A stretch of DNA of 64,000 nucleotides. Source: Phaeosaccion multiseriatum. Lineage: Eukaryota > Protista > Ochrophyta, other classes. Shown one piece after another: positions 29,580 through 50,935 of this stretch. Positions within the stretch are counted from its first letter, which is position 1. Every line of letters begins with the position of its first letter. The position numbers and the translations under genes were made by a program. The stretch lies in contig OZ218955.1 in assembly GCA_965112735.1 (NCBI GenBank), forward strand, positions 3,968,001 to 4,032,000, read 5' to 3'. The notes below the pieces were generated by a model. That model was not told where the DNA came from and searched no databases. It saw only the letters and a program-made list of their open reading frames with translations.

Positions 29580-32012
29580 GGCCAACAGTCCCGAACCAAC
29601 CGCCTCCGAAGAGCCCCCCCTCCAGCTGCTCCCTACTACCGAGAGCATGGGGGCCTTGGGGGGGGGGAGGAAGCTCCGAAGCGCAAACACAAACTCCAAA
29701 CGGAAGGTCCCCCAATCAGGCACCCAAGGAGGCGCACCGAAGCGCAAGCTGCGCGTGGGGGTGTTCTCCACTGACGAGTGGTTCGAGCCCTGCAGCGCCG
29801 TCAAGAGGTTGGTGCCCCCGAGCTTGAGTAGCGCAACACCCCCTCGGATCTCACTGCCTGCCTCGCTCTCTCTCTTGGGGTTTCTTGGCTCTCACTACCT
29901 GCCTCGCTCTCTCTCTTGGGGTTTCTTGTCTCTCACTGCCTGCCTCGCTCTCTCTCTTGGTTTCTTTTTCTCTCTCCCTTTCTCCAAGCTCAGACTTAAT
30001 GTCGCTAGCCCCCCCCCCCCCTCCTCCTCCTCCTCCTCCTCCGCGTCTCCTTTCCCATGCTTCCCCTCTCTCTCTGACCTCCTCTCCTCTCCCCCCGTTT
30101 GCCTCTCCTCTTCCCCCCGTATGCCCCTACGATGGCTCTGCTCGCAGGGGTGTGTCGGAGGCTTCGGCTGCTCTCAGCGCCGCCGGGCATGACGTCAGAC
30201 CCTTTGCATTGCCCGTGTCCGGATGGAAAATCGCCATCTTGTACTACAGCCTCCTTGTGCGTGTGTGTGTGCGTGTGTGTGTATGCGTGTATATCCGTGT
30301 GTGTGCATGCATGTGCGAGATGTGTGTGTGTGTGTGTGTGTGCGCATGGTGGACAGTGGTAGCTCAACAAGTGCCTGAGCAGTGCCTGACAGTTTCAGCT
30401 TCACCCCCCCCCCCCTCTCTCCTTCCCCATCAGGGGGCCGAGGGCAACATGATCGGTTTCCGCCTTGCGCTGCAGGGGGAGCAGCTGCTGCCGCTGTACA
30501 AGCAGCTCCTGTTCTACTCCAACATACCGAACTTCCTCAGACCGCTGCTTTGCACCATTCTGTCTCTCATGGGAGAGAAGAGGAAGAGTGCGTTGCTGGG
30601 GTCACAGGTGCGTGTGCGTGTGCGTGTGTGTGTGAGAGAGAGAGTGAGTGTGTGTGTGTGTGTTCCGCCGATGCCAACTTCAGCTTGAGCCCCACTCGAC
30701 TCGTTGCGTGCTGCACTGCTTACTTTGCGTGGCCCGGCCCCCACCCCCAACACTCCGAAGCTGTCTCCTGCGTATCACCAACTGCTGCTGCTGCCCCAAC
30801 CTGTGTGCTGCTGTATCACCAACTGCTGCTGCTGCTGCTACCAGCGCTCGGGAGGGCTGTCCGTGAGGCAGTACTGGGAGCTGTGCGCCGACCTCCGGCA
30901 GCTCAAGACGGACTACGTAGCGGCGATGAAGCAGCAGGAGTTCGACGTGCTGCTCTTTCCCGGTATGCCCCTGCCCGCCCTGCAGCACGGAGGGTAAGAA
31001 GAGAGGAGAAAGAGGAGAGGGTTGCCTGATGACGTGACGAGGAGAGAGAGGAGGCGTTACAGAAAGACGGCAACGACGCGCACGACATGGACGGGCCGTC
31101 GGCTGCTTTCCATTGCGTCTTCCCCTCTGCCTTGCCTGTCCTGTGCCTCGCATGGCTCACCGCTCGGCGCCTCGCGCTCCCCTCCACTGCCATCTCTCCC
31201 CTCTCTCCCCCCTCTCCCAGGGCCACGTCTCTGACCCCTGCGTGCTCCTACACCTTCCTTGCCAACCTCCTCCAATGGCCTGCGGGGACTGTGCCCGTCA
31301 CGCGCGTCGGAGACGGTAAGAGGGGACGGCAGGGCAAAAGCACGCTTTGAGCAACGGCTTGTGAGGCATAAACAAGGCACCCACCCACCCACCCATTGAC
31401 TTACTACCCGCCCACCCACCCTTCTAACCTTGTCATGGCAGTGGTCATCGCCCTCCATTCATTCATTCACCCCAGCACCTTCCTCCTGCTCTCCCTCCTG
31501 TCGCAGTCCCCTCCTCCTCCCCCTCCTCCCCGTCCTCCTCCCTGCTGGACGACGGAGGGGAGGAGACGTACTCACTGGCCAGCCTCCCCGTTGACCAGAG
31601 GGACTCCGTGGCTGGGGCGGCTGCAAAGGTCATGCAGGCCTCAAAGGGGCTGCCACTGGCGGTGCAGGTGCGTGCGTGCGTGCGTGTATCGTGTAGTGTA
31701 GTTGGATGCAGTGTGGCGGTTTCAGGATCAGGTGTGGAAAGCAACTGGCTTCGATTGGTTTCAGTTTCAAGTTATTGACCTTTGCGTATCTATATTCACT
31801 GAGTCTTCAGACGCTGCTCCTTTGGATAGACAGAGAAGCTTCCACGACCGATTGAATGGACAATGGCACTCATGACCATATGCCATTGCATATGCCCCCC
31901 TGCCCATATGCCTGTACAGGTGATGGGGCTGCCCTTCCAGGACGAGGTCGTGGTGTATGCGATGAGGGAGGTTGAGCGAGTCGTGGCCTTCAGGCAGGGA
32001 CCCAACCTTTAA
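26977..32012 (+). CDS. FAAH: Fatty-acid amide hydrolase-like amidase (amidase signature family; multi-exon)
   Basis: PLLGVPVSIKDS (catalytic Lys); LREAGAIPFVKSNTPQ; GGSSGGEG; GLGSDIGGSIRIPAAFCG..GFKPT; NLLQWPAGTVPV; GLPLAVQVMGLPFQDE; stop TAA 32010-32012. Confidence 0.9.
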
Positions 32013-32221
32013 GGGGGGCCCACGAAGACACACACGTTGTATATATACCGCTGTCGCCAGGCGGGGGCCGCTTACGGGTAGGCAGTTGTTGCAGCTGTGA
32101 AGTACCCGTCCGTAGGGGGTCCCTCCCTCCCTAATTGTTTGAGGGGATGCCATGAGGGGGTGCCTCCCCTGTACTGCCCTATACATTGCTACACCTTCTC
32201 CTTTTCGGGGTTGTCTACCTC

Positions 32222-33257
32222 CTATGAGGGTGAAGGATTGTCTACCCTCCACTGCTGTATCCACTGCTCCACCCTGGCTGCGTTGGCCTCCATGTCCTGG
32301 AGGGAGTTGCTCGGCACCTCATGCACCACCTCGGAGGGGAAGGCCTCCTTGGCCTCTTCCAGCACCACCTTACCGGCCCCAGTGATGAGCAGTAGCAGAG
32401 CAGCGGTGGTGGTGATGAGAGCCAGCGAGGAGGAGCAGTAGCCGAGCCGTAGGAGTGGAGGAGGGCGAGGGCACGGGAGGTGAGAGGAGAGACTCTTTGA
32501 CAGTTAGCCTCTATCCCGTGTGGAAGGTGATGGGGGAGAGTGACAGACACAAAGGGGGAGAGTGCCTCGATCGTGCCAGCGTGGCGCCACTCCCCATCCA
32601 TCCATCCATCCTATCCATCCATCCATCCATCCTATCCATCCATCCATCCATCCATCCATCCGCGCAAATACCTGCATTATCTCGCACTCTAGGTTCTCTC
32701 CCCTCTTCACCTCGGTGTACCCGCGGGCCGTGAGGCGATCGAACAGGACGGTGTTGTCGGCACGCAGCACCAGCACGAGGTCGAACCTGCCGAGAGAGAG
32801 AGAGAGAGTAGCAGGATGGACGGATGCTGAGAGACTGGGCCCCCTCTCTCGGGAACCTTTAGCTGGGCCTTCGTGCCTCCGCGATACCCTCAACCTCATA
32901 CTGTGCGTGTGGTTCAGCTCCCGAGCCGCTGCAGCGGGCCTCGACACCGACACACCACCTGCCGCAGCAGCAAGCCACTCACCAGTCGACGGGAAAGAAG
33001 TCGCAGCTGTGAAAGTCCACGATGTTCCCTCCCTTCTCTAGCACAGGCTCCAGCACATCGCAGAGCTTGTCCTCGTCCAGAATGAGACTGTCGAATGTCT
33101 CGTCCTTCCCCTCGTGACACTGCTCCTCCTTCACCACCGCTCCCACGTCAACGTGCGTCAGCCCCGTCTTCTCCGCTAGTGTCTGGCACGTGCACGTCTT
33201 GCCTGTCCCCGGTGTGCCCGTCACGAGAATGTTGGGCCCGTTCTCCCTCGGGGCCAT
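32222..33257 (-). CDS. AK6: Adenylate kinase isoenzyme 6 / Fap7 (3 exons)
   Basis: PNILVTGTPGTGKT; LDEDKLCD; GGNIVDFHSCDFFP; FDLVLVLR..LFDRLTARGY..ENLECEIMQVVLEEAKE. Confidence 0.95.
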
Positions 33258-42620
<9,363 letters not shown>

Positions 42621-43417
42621 GAGCTTCGCCTTGCCTGTATATGGTAGTGGATTGCTTAGTGATGGCAGTTGATGGCAGGAGATGGCAGGAGACGTAGACG
42701 CTCACTGACCAAGTCGATGGAGCCTAGAGAGGCCCTCAGGGTCGGCGCAGCGAAGAGTTGAGAAGAGGAGCGTGTCTCTTCGTTCAGAAACCCCTCTTGG
42801 CAGGTTGGGAGGTAGGTAGGTAGGTAGGTAGTACAGTAGGTGTATTGGTGTAGGCAGGCGTTGGGTAGGTAGGTGCTTTATGCTGAGGTGCCTCATGAGG
42901 CGGCAGAAGGCGGGTGTTCGGGTGGCCTACATGCGGACGGGATCGGGATACGCATGCGTCTCATGTCGGATCTCAACAGCCACACACTGAGACTGTCGAC
43001 GGCCCATTCCAATTCCAAGACCGAGAGGAGAGGAGGACGTAAGAGAGCACCGCACCGCACCACTCCACACCACACACACCGTACCACACCACAACACACC
43101 GCTCCTTAGTGTTCCTTGATGTCCAATATGATGGTACTTGGGGCTTCTTACTCCATTGATTGATGCATTGCGGCTTTCTCGTTGAAGAAGGGGCTGTGGC
43201 CAACTACGTGATTATCACTAAGTAGCAACTCTCGCTGCTAGGCTGCGGCTCCTGGCCACACCACACACCACACGCGGAAGGCGCTTGAGCTTGAGAGAAG
43301 CTTCGCCCACCGCGCGCCTTCCTCTGCTCGAGGGCAACAGGGCACACCCACTCTCCCACCTGTTCCTCCATGACGTGAAGGTACTTACGTAGGACTACGT
43401 AATGCCTCACATGTTGA

Positions 43418-46400
43418 TCACATACTGCCCAGCGTGTCACACATGGACTTCCGGCGGAAGAGCGCCTCCGAGTCGCCATAGAGCCTCTCGAACACACTGC
43501 CATTGGAACTGCTGGAGCCACCGCCCCTGGAACCACCCCTGCCATCTGTTGCCATCTGCGGCCTCTCGAGTTCGCTACCGCTGCCACGGTGGCCGCTGCT
43601 GCCCACCACACTGCCACTCACATTGCCACTGCCGCCCCGGCTCGGAGCCCTGCCCCTGCTGCTGCCCCTGCTGGTGCTCCTGCCCCTGCCGCAGCTGCCG
43701 CCCAGTACCACCACGCTGCCAGTACCACTGCCAGTGCCAGAGCCCTCCGACGCTGTATCACCAACTGCTACTGTTGGTGCCCCCGCTTCTCCATCCTCGC
43801 ACCCCGCCTCTCGCTTCTCCCCTCCCTCCTCCCCCCCCACTCGCTGCTGTACGACCAACTGCTGTGCCATCAACTGGCGCCTCAGCGTGCGAGCCCTGCC
43901 CCTCGGGCTGTAGGGCGACTTGTCCGTGCTCATGTTTGGCTGCCAGGTGCATCCCTCCGTCTCCTTGGCCACTCTCAGCAGCTCTCTCTCCCTCTGTTTC
44001 TCACGCAGCACCTCTGCGCAGCTGTTCAGTCGCTCGAAGACGGGCTGAGAGGGACCCGCAGCAGTTGGTGATACAGCAGCAGCCCTTGGCGATGCAGCGG
44101 CGGCATGTTCCGGCCCTAGGCCCAGTGACAGCGGAGCCAATCGCTCTGCTGTATCATCAACTGCTGCTGCTGCTGCTCCGCCCTCCGAGAAGGAGTCTCC
44201 CCCCGCCCGCACTGCCGGGGACGGGGGCAGCGTGCCCGCATTGCTGTCCACTGCCATCCCCCCGGAGCCTCCCTTCCACGGCCCCCCTCCACCACCATCC
44301 CCTTTGCCACCCCCCTTCCCCATGCCATGCCGCTGCCCCCCTGGGCCAGGCCGGCGGTGCCCCAGCGTCTCCACCTGCGGAGCGAATGTGCAACCCTTGA
44401 GCTCGTCCCTCCTTCTCTGCTCCTCCCTGCCCCTCCTCCTGCTCTCGTCTGCCTCGTGCTTGAGGTAGAGGCGCTCGAAGCAGTTTGGAGCCTCCCCACG
44501 CGAAGGCTCTGCGGTGAGTGCGTGCGTGCGTGCGTGCGTGCGTGTGTGTGTATGCGTGGGTCACAGTCACAATGAATAGTGAGTACGGTGTATGCAGTGT
44601 ATGCAGGGGAGAAGGGACTGCTCGTCTTGTGCCGCAAACACACACACAGGCAAACATGTCTTTCATGTCATCGGCTGTCTCCACACACGATCTGGTCCAA
44701 CTTGTTCGATGCTGTACCACATCACTGCCTTTGCACTACTGCCTCACTGCATCACTGCCTCACTGCCTCACTGTCTCACTGCCTGACTGTTTCACTCACT
44801 CTCTACCTCACTGTCTCACGGCAATACTGTCTGACTGCCTCACCGTCATCAGAGAAGCCTCTGAGGCTCTGCAACGACTTTGACACGAGGCGCGGGGAGT
44901 GGGTGCACTCCTGTCACGAGGGGCCGTGGAAGGGTCATCGTAGAAGCATATAGGGCATGAGGGGGATGTCGGGGGAGGAGAGAATGCAGCGGTGAAGGCG
45001 TCAGGAAAGGAGTGGTGGAGGCATATGGGAGGGAGAGAGTTGTCCGGGCAGCTGTCACCGCGGCCAACACGAGCGCTTCTGTCAGGCGCGCGCACACACA
45101 CACACTCACACACACACGCACACACACACACACACATGCTCGCGCCGCCTTTGCTGCAGACAGGCACCACGCACCACGCCCAAGTCCAAGCTGAGTAAGT
45201 CAGCAAGATCAGCAGTAAGTCAGCAAGATCAGCCCCCTCTCACCTTGTCTATCTTGAGTGCGTCTGCTGCCCTCCTGAGCTGTTGCGCCTTGGAGTCTTC
45301 CCACAGTACCTCGAAGCGCCCCCCGCCACAAGCCGCTGTCGGAGTCGTCGCCCTCGTCGGTGATGAGTACCCTCTGTGCCCCCCCCCCCCGTAGTCGCCG
45401 CAGCCGCTGGCGCCGCCCCTCCTCCCTGCTACTGTTGTATCACCAATTGCTGCTGCTGTCCCTCCGCCCCAGGCCGCCCCCATCCCCCCGTAGGCCCAGA
45501 CCCTGCCCCTCCCTGCTCTGCTGCTCACGGTGTGCGCCATGGCGACGATTTCGTCGTCTCTGTCCATCTGCTTGAGTGCCAGTTTGTTGGCCCGCAGGGC
45601 TGCGTCCATGTAGAGCAGCTCGTGCACTGGGATGGCGCTCCTGCCGATATGACTGGTGCTGCTCATGATATGACTGCCGCTTATGTCCCTATGATTGCTG
45701 CCGCTGCCCCCCCACCCACTTCCATCCGTGGCCCTCCTGCTGCTGCTGCTGCTGCTGCTACTGGTCCTGCTGCCCATATGACTGCTGCTGGCATGGGACG
45801 GGGGACTTGCTCTCTGCTGCTGCTGCTGCTGCTGCTGCTGGTGGTGTTGCTGGTGCTGGTGCTGGTGCTGGTGCTGGTGCTGGTGCTGGTGCTGGTGCTG
45901 TCCCGGCGATTGCTCCTCACTCTGTGGCTCAAACTGCTCTTCAAGGCTTGCATGCCCGCTCTCTGGCCCTCCTTGGTGATGGTGATGGCCCTGGTGCTCC
46001 TGCTGCGCCTGGAGTTGCTGGTGGTCCTCCTCCTCCTCCCCCTCCTCCTCCTGCTGTTGCTCCTCCTGCTGCTGCTGCTGCTGCTGCCGGGGTCTTACTT
46101 CGCTCTGCGGCTCAACTAGGTCAAGGGCAGCACACCCGCTCTCTAAGACTCCTTGGTGGTGGTGGTGGTGATGATGCTGCTGCTGCTCCTCCTCCTCCTC
46201 CTCCTCCTCCTCCTCCTGCTGCTGCTCCTGCTGCTCTTCCTGCTGGTCCTGATGCTGATTCTGCTCCCGCAGCTGGTGCTCGCCTTCGGACCCGATGTCG
46301 ACTTGTCGGAGCTGAGACGCGCCCCCCTCGCACTCATAAGCCTCCGGGTCATGCGACCGAGTGCTGCTTATTCGAAACTCTGCTGTGCTCCCATTGCCGC

Positions 46401-46770
46401 TCCTCCTTTGGCCGGTGCGCCTCCTGCTCGTGCTCCTAAACGACGCCGGATGGTGGCGATTGGGGTAGGATTGCGACGCGACGAGGTATGGGGTGAAGGA
46501 GGGCTGAAGCCTGCCTGCCTCTCTTGCCAGCTTTCGCAGCACCTTGGAGTAACTAGCCGCCAGCGAGTCGGGGTCGTCGGCAGCAGATGTGACCGCCAGT
46601 GGCCGACTACGTCTTCTCCGGCTCCTGCTGCCGAGCAGAGGAGCCTGCTTGTTCTGTGCCTCTGCCTGCTGCTGCTGCTGCTTCTCCTCCTCGAGTAGTC
46701 CCTGCTGAATGAGCTGCTGCAAGCTCGGCCGGCGTTCCCGGGCACGCGTGCCCTTCTCCTCTGCCGCCAT
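43418..46770 (-). CDS. Hypothetical low-complexity protein with repeated FERLY...CTFxP modules (3' end uncertain, may extend to about 42900)
   Basis: Long ORFs 45229-46770 and 43418-44374 joined through plausible exons at about 44823-44901 and 44509; modules VHELLY, RFEVLW..ECTHSP, CFERLY..GCTFAP, VFERLN..GCTWQP, VFERLY. Confidence 0.65.
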
Positions 46771-47006
46771 GGCTGATGCCCCGGCAGTAAATTCCGCTTA
46801 CGTGAAAGGGATGAGACCCAGACTCAGGCGAGGATCAGCATGCCTGTTAGTACATCTGGAGAAGAGAGGAAGGATATCACTGTGTGCCTCAGGGGCCCTG
46901 GGAGAGGATAGTCGGGAGAGATGAGGAGATGGGCACGTTACGAGCCAAGTGGATGGCACTGGACGGGCCGAGACATAATAGTAAAAAGCGCACTCGACAC
47001 ACAAAG

Positions 47007-49503
47007 ATGGAGGATGATGTCCAGGGTCTCTCCCTTCCCCTCACGGGTGCCCCAAAGTCCGAGGAGAGGAGAGGCTTCTGGAGTGGCCGCAGAGCCTGGC
47101 GTGCCTCCTCTCTCGAGTTGTCGCCAGCAGAGCTGGGGTAAGAAGAAATCCCCCCCCCCCTTTTTTTACCCTTCGCCGCCCAAAATGTCGCCCTCCTTCT
47201 CCCTCCTCGTATCTATCTTAGGCTGGTGGGCGTGAGCGCAGCGAGATGTTGTCGAGGGCGCGTATTCTCCTTGTGGCGCCTGTCCGCAGCTCTGTACCTG
47301 AGCGGTGTGGTCATCGCCGACTTGGTCATTGCCGAGGAGAGGGACCAGCTGGAGGTGAGGCGAAGGAGGGACTAGTACAGTAGGACTTGGCAGCCGCCCC
47401 AAATCTTCCACCTTTCCGCTCCTTCCTCTCCACACTTGCGTCGATCTGGTCTCTGTCGATCTGGTCTCTCTCAGACGCGACGACCTACGTTCTGTTCCAG
47501 CCAAGTAAAGGCTCTCCCACCTCGTGAGTCTTATTCTCGCCTGTTCCTGTCTAACAAGCTTGGATGCGATGCCCGATGCGGATCTTGTGCGTTAAAGCCC
47601 TCCTCCTCCTCCTCCTCCTCCTCTTCTCCACTCTGTCGCGTGTGGCTCCTCAGTATTGGTTCATCTACATCACAGACATCAGCGCCCTCGTTGAGGTGAG
47701 CGTACCTTCGTTGTGCATTGTGTGTCGCGGCCAAGAACTCTGGCGTGTATATCCCTAAACCACCCCTAAAACCCACTTGAGTGGGTCTAACGTTTTTTTG
47801 GGAAATGGTCAAGCACGAGATGAAGGGGGAGATGTTGGAGGCCAGACTACGCTGTCCTGTTAGAGGGGGGCACAGTGGACTCTGGTCTCGCCCAGCGCGC
47901 TGTGGTTCCTTCCTGTATAGCAATGGTAGACCAAAAACCTGTTTTCTAATGCCCACTTTAGTGGGTCTTAGAGGCCTCAAAAAGGGTTTTTCGTTCGCGG
48001 CGCTTTTTGACCCACCAGCCCCTTACGGATTCCGCTAACCTCCCGTACCCGCACAGACAACACTGTGCCTTGAGAGCAGCGTCTACTAATCCTCGGAAGC
48101 AAGCCTTATTCAGCCCCAAAAATCTTAAAACCCACTTAAGTGGGTCTTATTTCGCGGTTTAGGGATATTGTAGCCTTTGATATCGCTCCTGTTTCCTCAT
48201 GTACGCATCAACACATCGACCTCCCTGCCCCTTGATATCACTAGGACTGCCCTATCGTGGTCAAGTCCTTTCCAGCGCTCCCCCCCTGCCCCTGTCACAA
48301 GTGTCCCCCCTCCAGGGCCCTTATTGGGCATAAAGAGCCCAAGGCCGCCCCCCAACTAACCATTGGCCCGGATGTGCGACCTCTACTCCTCTACTGCCCC
48401 GCCTCCTCCACAGATTGCGTACTTCTGTATGGCCTTTGTTGTGTCGTGGAACGCCGGCAAGTGGAGAGCGCTGGCCCTCGAGGCCCTCGACGCGGACGGT
48501 GCGGCAGGACCGGTGGCCGTTCGCCCTCCGCCCCTCATCTTGGCATGTTGGTGCTTCATGAACGTCATCTACACCTCCGCCCTTCTCGTGACCATTCTCT
48601 TCTGGTGAGTGGGTAGGCCTGCACCGGCAACAATTCCTTCGGACTTGCGCACGCTCGTAAGCTGGACCCGCCGTGTGTCATAACTGCCTCGACCCTCATC
48701 GATACCACTGCCTGTGTAACCCTTAACTGAGCCGCCCCGCGCATGGCCTTTTACCTTCGAACTGCGAGCAGGACCCTCGTGTACCAGGACGGACTCGTGC
48801 GCTTCACAACATGGAACCTTCATGGAACGGTACTGCGCGCATGGACTGATGCAGCTTCGGCTCCTTGCTGTGCTGTGAAAGATATCTGGGTGCCACTCAC
48901 TCCCGTTCTCCCTCTTTCCCTCGCTCGCTCACTCACACTCACTCAATCATTGACTCACTTCGGCGAATCCTCCATGCCCCTCCCTTCCCTTTTGGCGTGT
49001 GCCCTCAGACCTTCGCCCTCGTTGCGGTGGACGCCTTCTTCACGGCGGCCCCCTTGCGTGTGTGGCATGTGTGGCTGGGCATGATCTATGGTCTTGCTTA
49101 CCTTGTGTGGACCGTGGCGTTTGCTGCCATCCCTCTCTCCACCGCCTCCGACAACGACTTTATCTACGGTGTGATTGACTGGAATGGGGCCACGGCAGAA
49201 GCCTCCTTCGTTGGTGTGGCGGTGCTTCTCGTTGGGTACCCCCTGGCCCAAGTCCTGATGTGGCTCGTGTGGAGCCTCGGGAACAGGTGCGGCGGCGGCA
49301 CGCACCTTACAGCCAGAGTCGATCTCAGCCTACCGCTCAGATGGAGTGACCTGAACCTTTGGCCCTCCTGTGGCCTCTCCCTCTCTCCCTCTCTCTCTTT
49401 GTTGACGTCTTGTACTTGCACGCACCGCATTCCTTCTTACACTCGTTCTTGTTCCTGCCGATGCAGGGTGACCCGGCGGGACAAGCTTCTGTCGGAGCCC
49501 TAA
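47007..49503 (+). CDS. Rolling-stone / FAR-17a-AIG1-like multi-pass membrane protein (multi-exon)
   Basis: Spliced: LWRLSAALY; YWFIYITD; TSALLVTILFWTLVY; WNLHG; VDAFFTAAPLRVWH; YGLAYLVWT; FIYGVIDW, the family motif order. Confidence 0.8.
47753..48164. mobile_element. Non-autonomous DNA transposon (MITE), 412 bp, in an intron
   Basis: Termini CCCTAAACC...GGTTTAGGG with about 50-bp imperfect TIRs; ATAT on both flanks (47749-47752, 48165-48168); three CCCACTNNAGTGGG palindromes; lower GC than surroundings. Confidence 0.85.
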
Positions 49504-50935
49504 GCTTCTGTCGGAGTCTTCAGCTTCTGTCGGAGCCTTGAAAGGTGCGTTCTGATGGGCAGCGGCGTCGCGGGATGGAGACACGCGCGGTGCCCCCCTC
49601 TTTCGCTTCGAACATTCCACGTGGAACATTCAAGCAGCGGGCGCGACTCTCGACCTCTTCGACTTTCGGCTTGCTTCCCCGCCGGGGGCCGTGACAAATG
49701 AGCCGCAGCTAGGAGGAGGCCAAATCACTCGCCACACATGCAGGAGTTGCTGCTTTGCTCTCCTTCACTGCACCTCGGCGTGTGGTCCTGCCCGAGACTG
49801 TGCTTTCTTCAGTGTGCGCTCTTTAGCCCACTGCCATGAGCTGGAGCTTGACCGCACTTGTCTTCAAGGAGCAATCAAGCTTGTGCACAACGTCACATGC
49901 GTCACTGCATCCACAGGCGTGGTGGTGGATGTGCCATCTGGTGCCATAGCGTTTGCTGCACAGCCAAGACGGGGAGGGGCCGCATACCGAGAGTGGGAAG
50001 TATCGAGGATGAAGACTCCGACTCGATGACTACGTGAGGTCGACCTCGCCCACTCGACGCACTCAGACTCGGGGCCCTCTCCGTTCTGCCGCTCGTCCTG
50101 GAAGGCGAAAAGAGGCAGGGTGGCCAGGAGCAGCATCCGAGCAAGGGACAGGAAACAAGGCCACTGCGCGGACTGAGGCCGCCGCCGCAGAGGAGACAGC
50201 AGGGCATTCGTTCTTCCCTGATAGGCCGAAGCGGAGCGGCCTTCCTCACTGGCCACGAGGAAGACTGTGTGTGGGAGGCGCAGGGCCACGCGGTCGATGC
50301 CGCATTAAAGGCTTAAACCCAAACTTATTATTACTAATGAAACATTTTCGCTGGGGGCAACTGGATCTCGTCCCCCACTCGGCACGCGGGTCAGTCGGCA
50401 TGGTCTATAAATGTATATACAAAAATGAACTATCTGTGACTTCGACCTCCGCTGAATATACAGCACAAAACTTGCGGATGATGCCCACCACATTAACTTG
50501 AGCTCGCCGGCACGCCATTGAGTAAGTCTCTCTGCCACAGCCCTGAGCAGGAGAGCCGTAGCCCTGAGGAGGAGAGTCAGATGTCAAGCCCTCAAATGGT
50601 CCTCACTGACTCACTTCAATTCGAGCCCTCAATCCCCAGTCCTCAGAGTCAAGTGTTCTCCGCCCTCCGCCCTCTGTGAGTCAGAAGCCCTCCCGCCGCC
50701 CTCTCCCGGCAGCATCAGCAGCAGCATCAGCAGCAGCAGCATCAGCAGCAGCAACAGCAGCAGCATCAGAAGCAGCATCGTATCCAATCGCATCGAGACG
50801 GCCCTGCTGCTGCCTTTGAGCGCCACTTCGCCTACCCCCACTCCCCGCCCATCTCTCTCCCCAAACATTGAGCGATGTCCATCGAGCGAGTCCATCCCTC
50901 CCCCATACATTGAGTCATGTCCATCCGCCGTCCCC

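Noticed and set aside
29780-29791. GGTTCGAGCCC as a Pol III B-box (tRNA or vault RNA)
   Set aside because: Lies in an FAAH coding exon (WFEP) with no A-box or cloverleaf.
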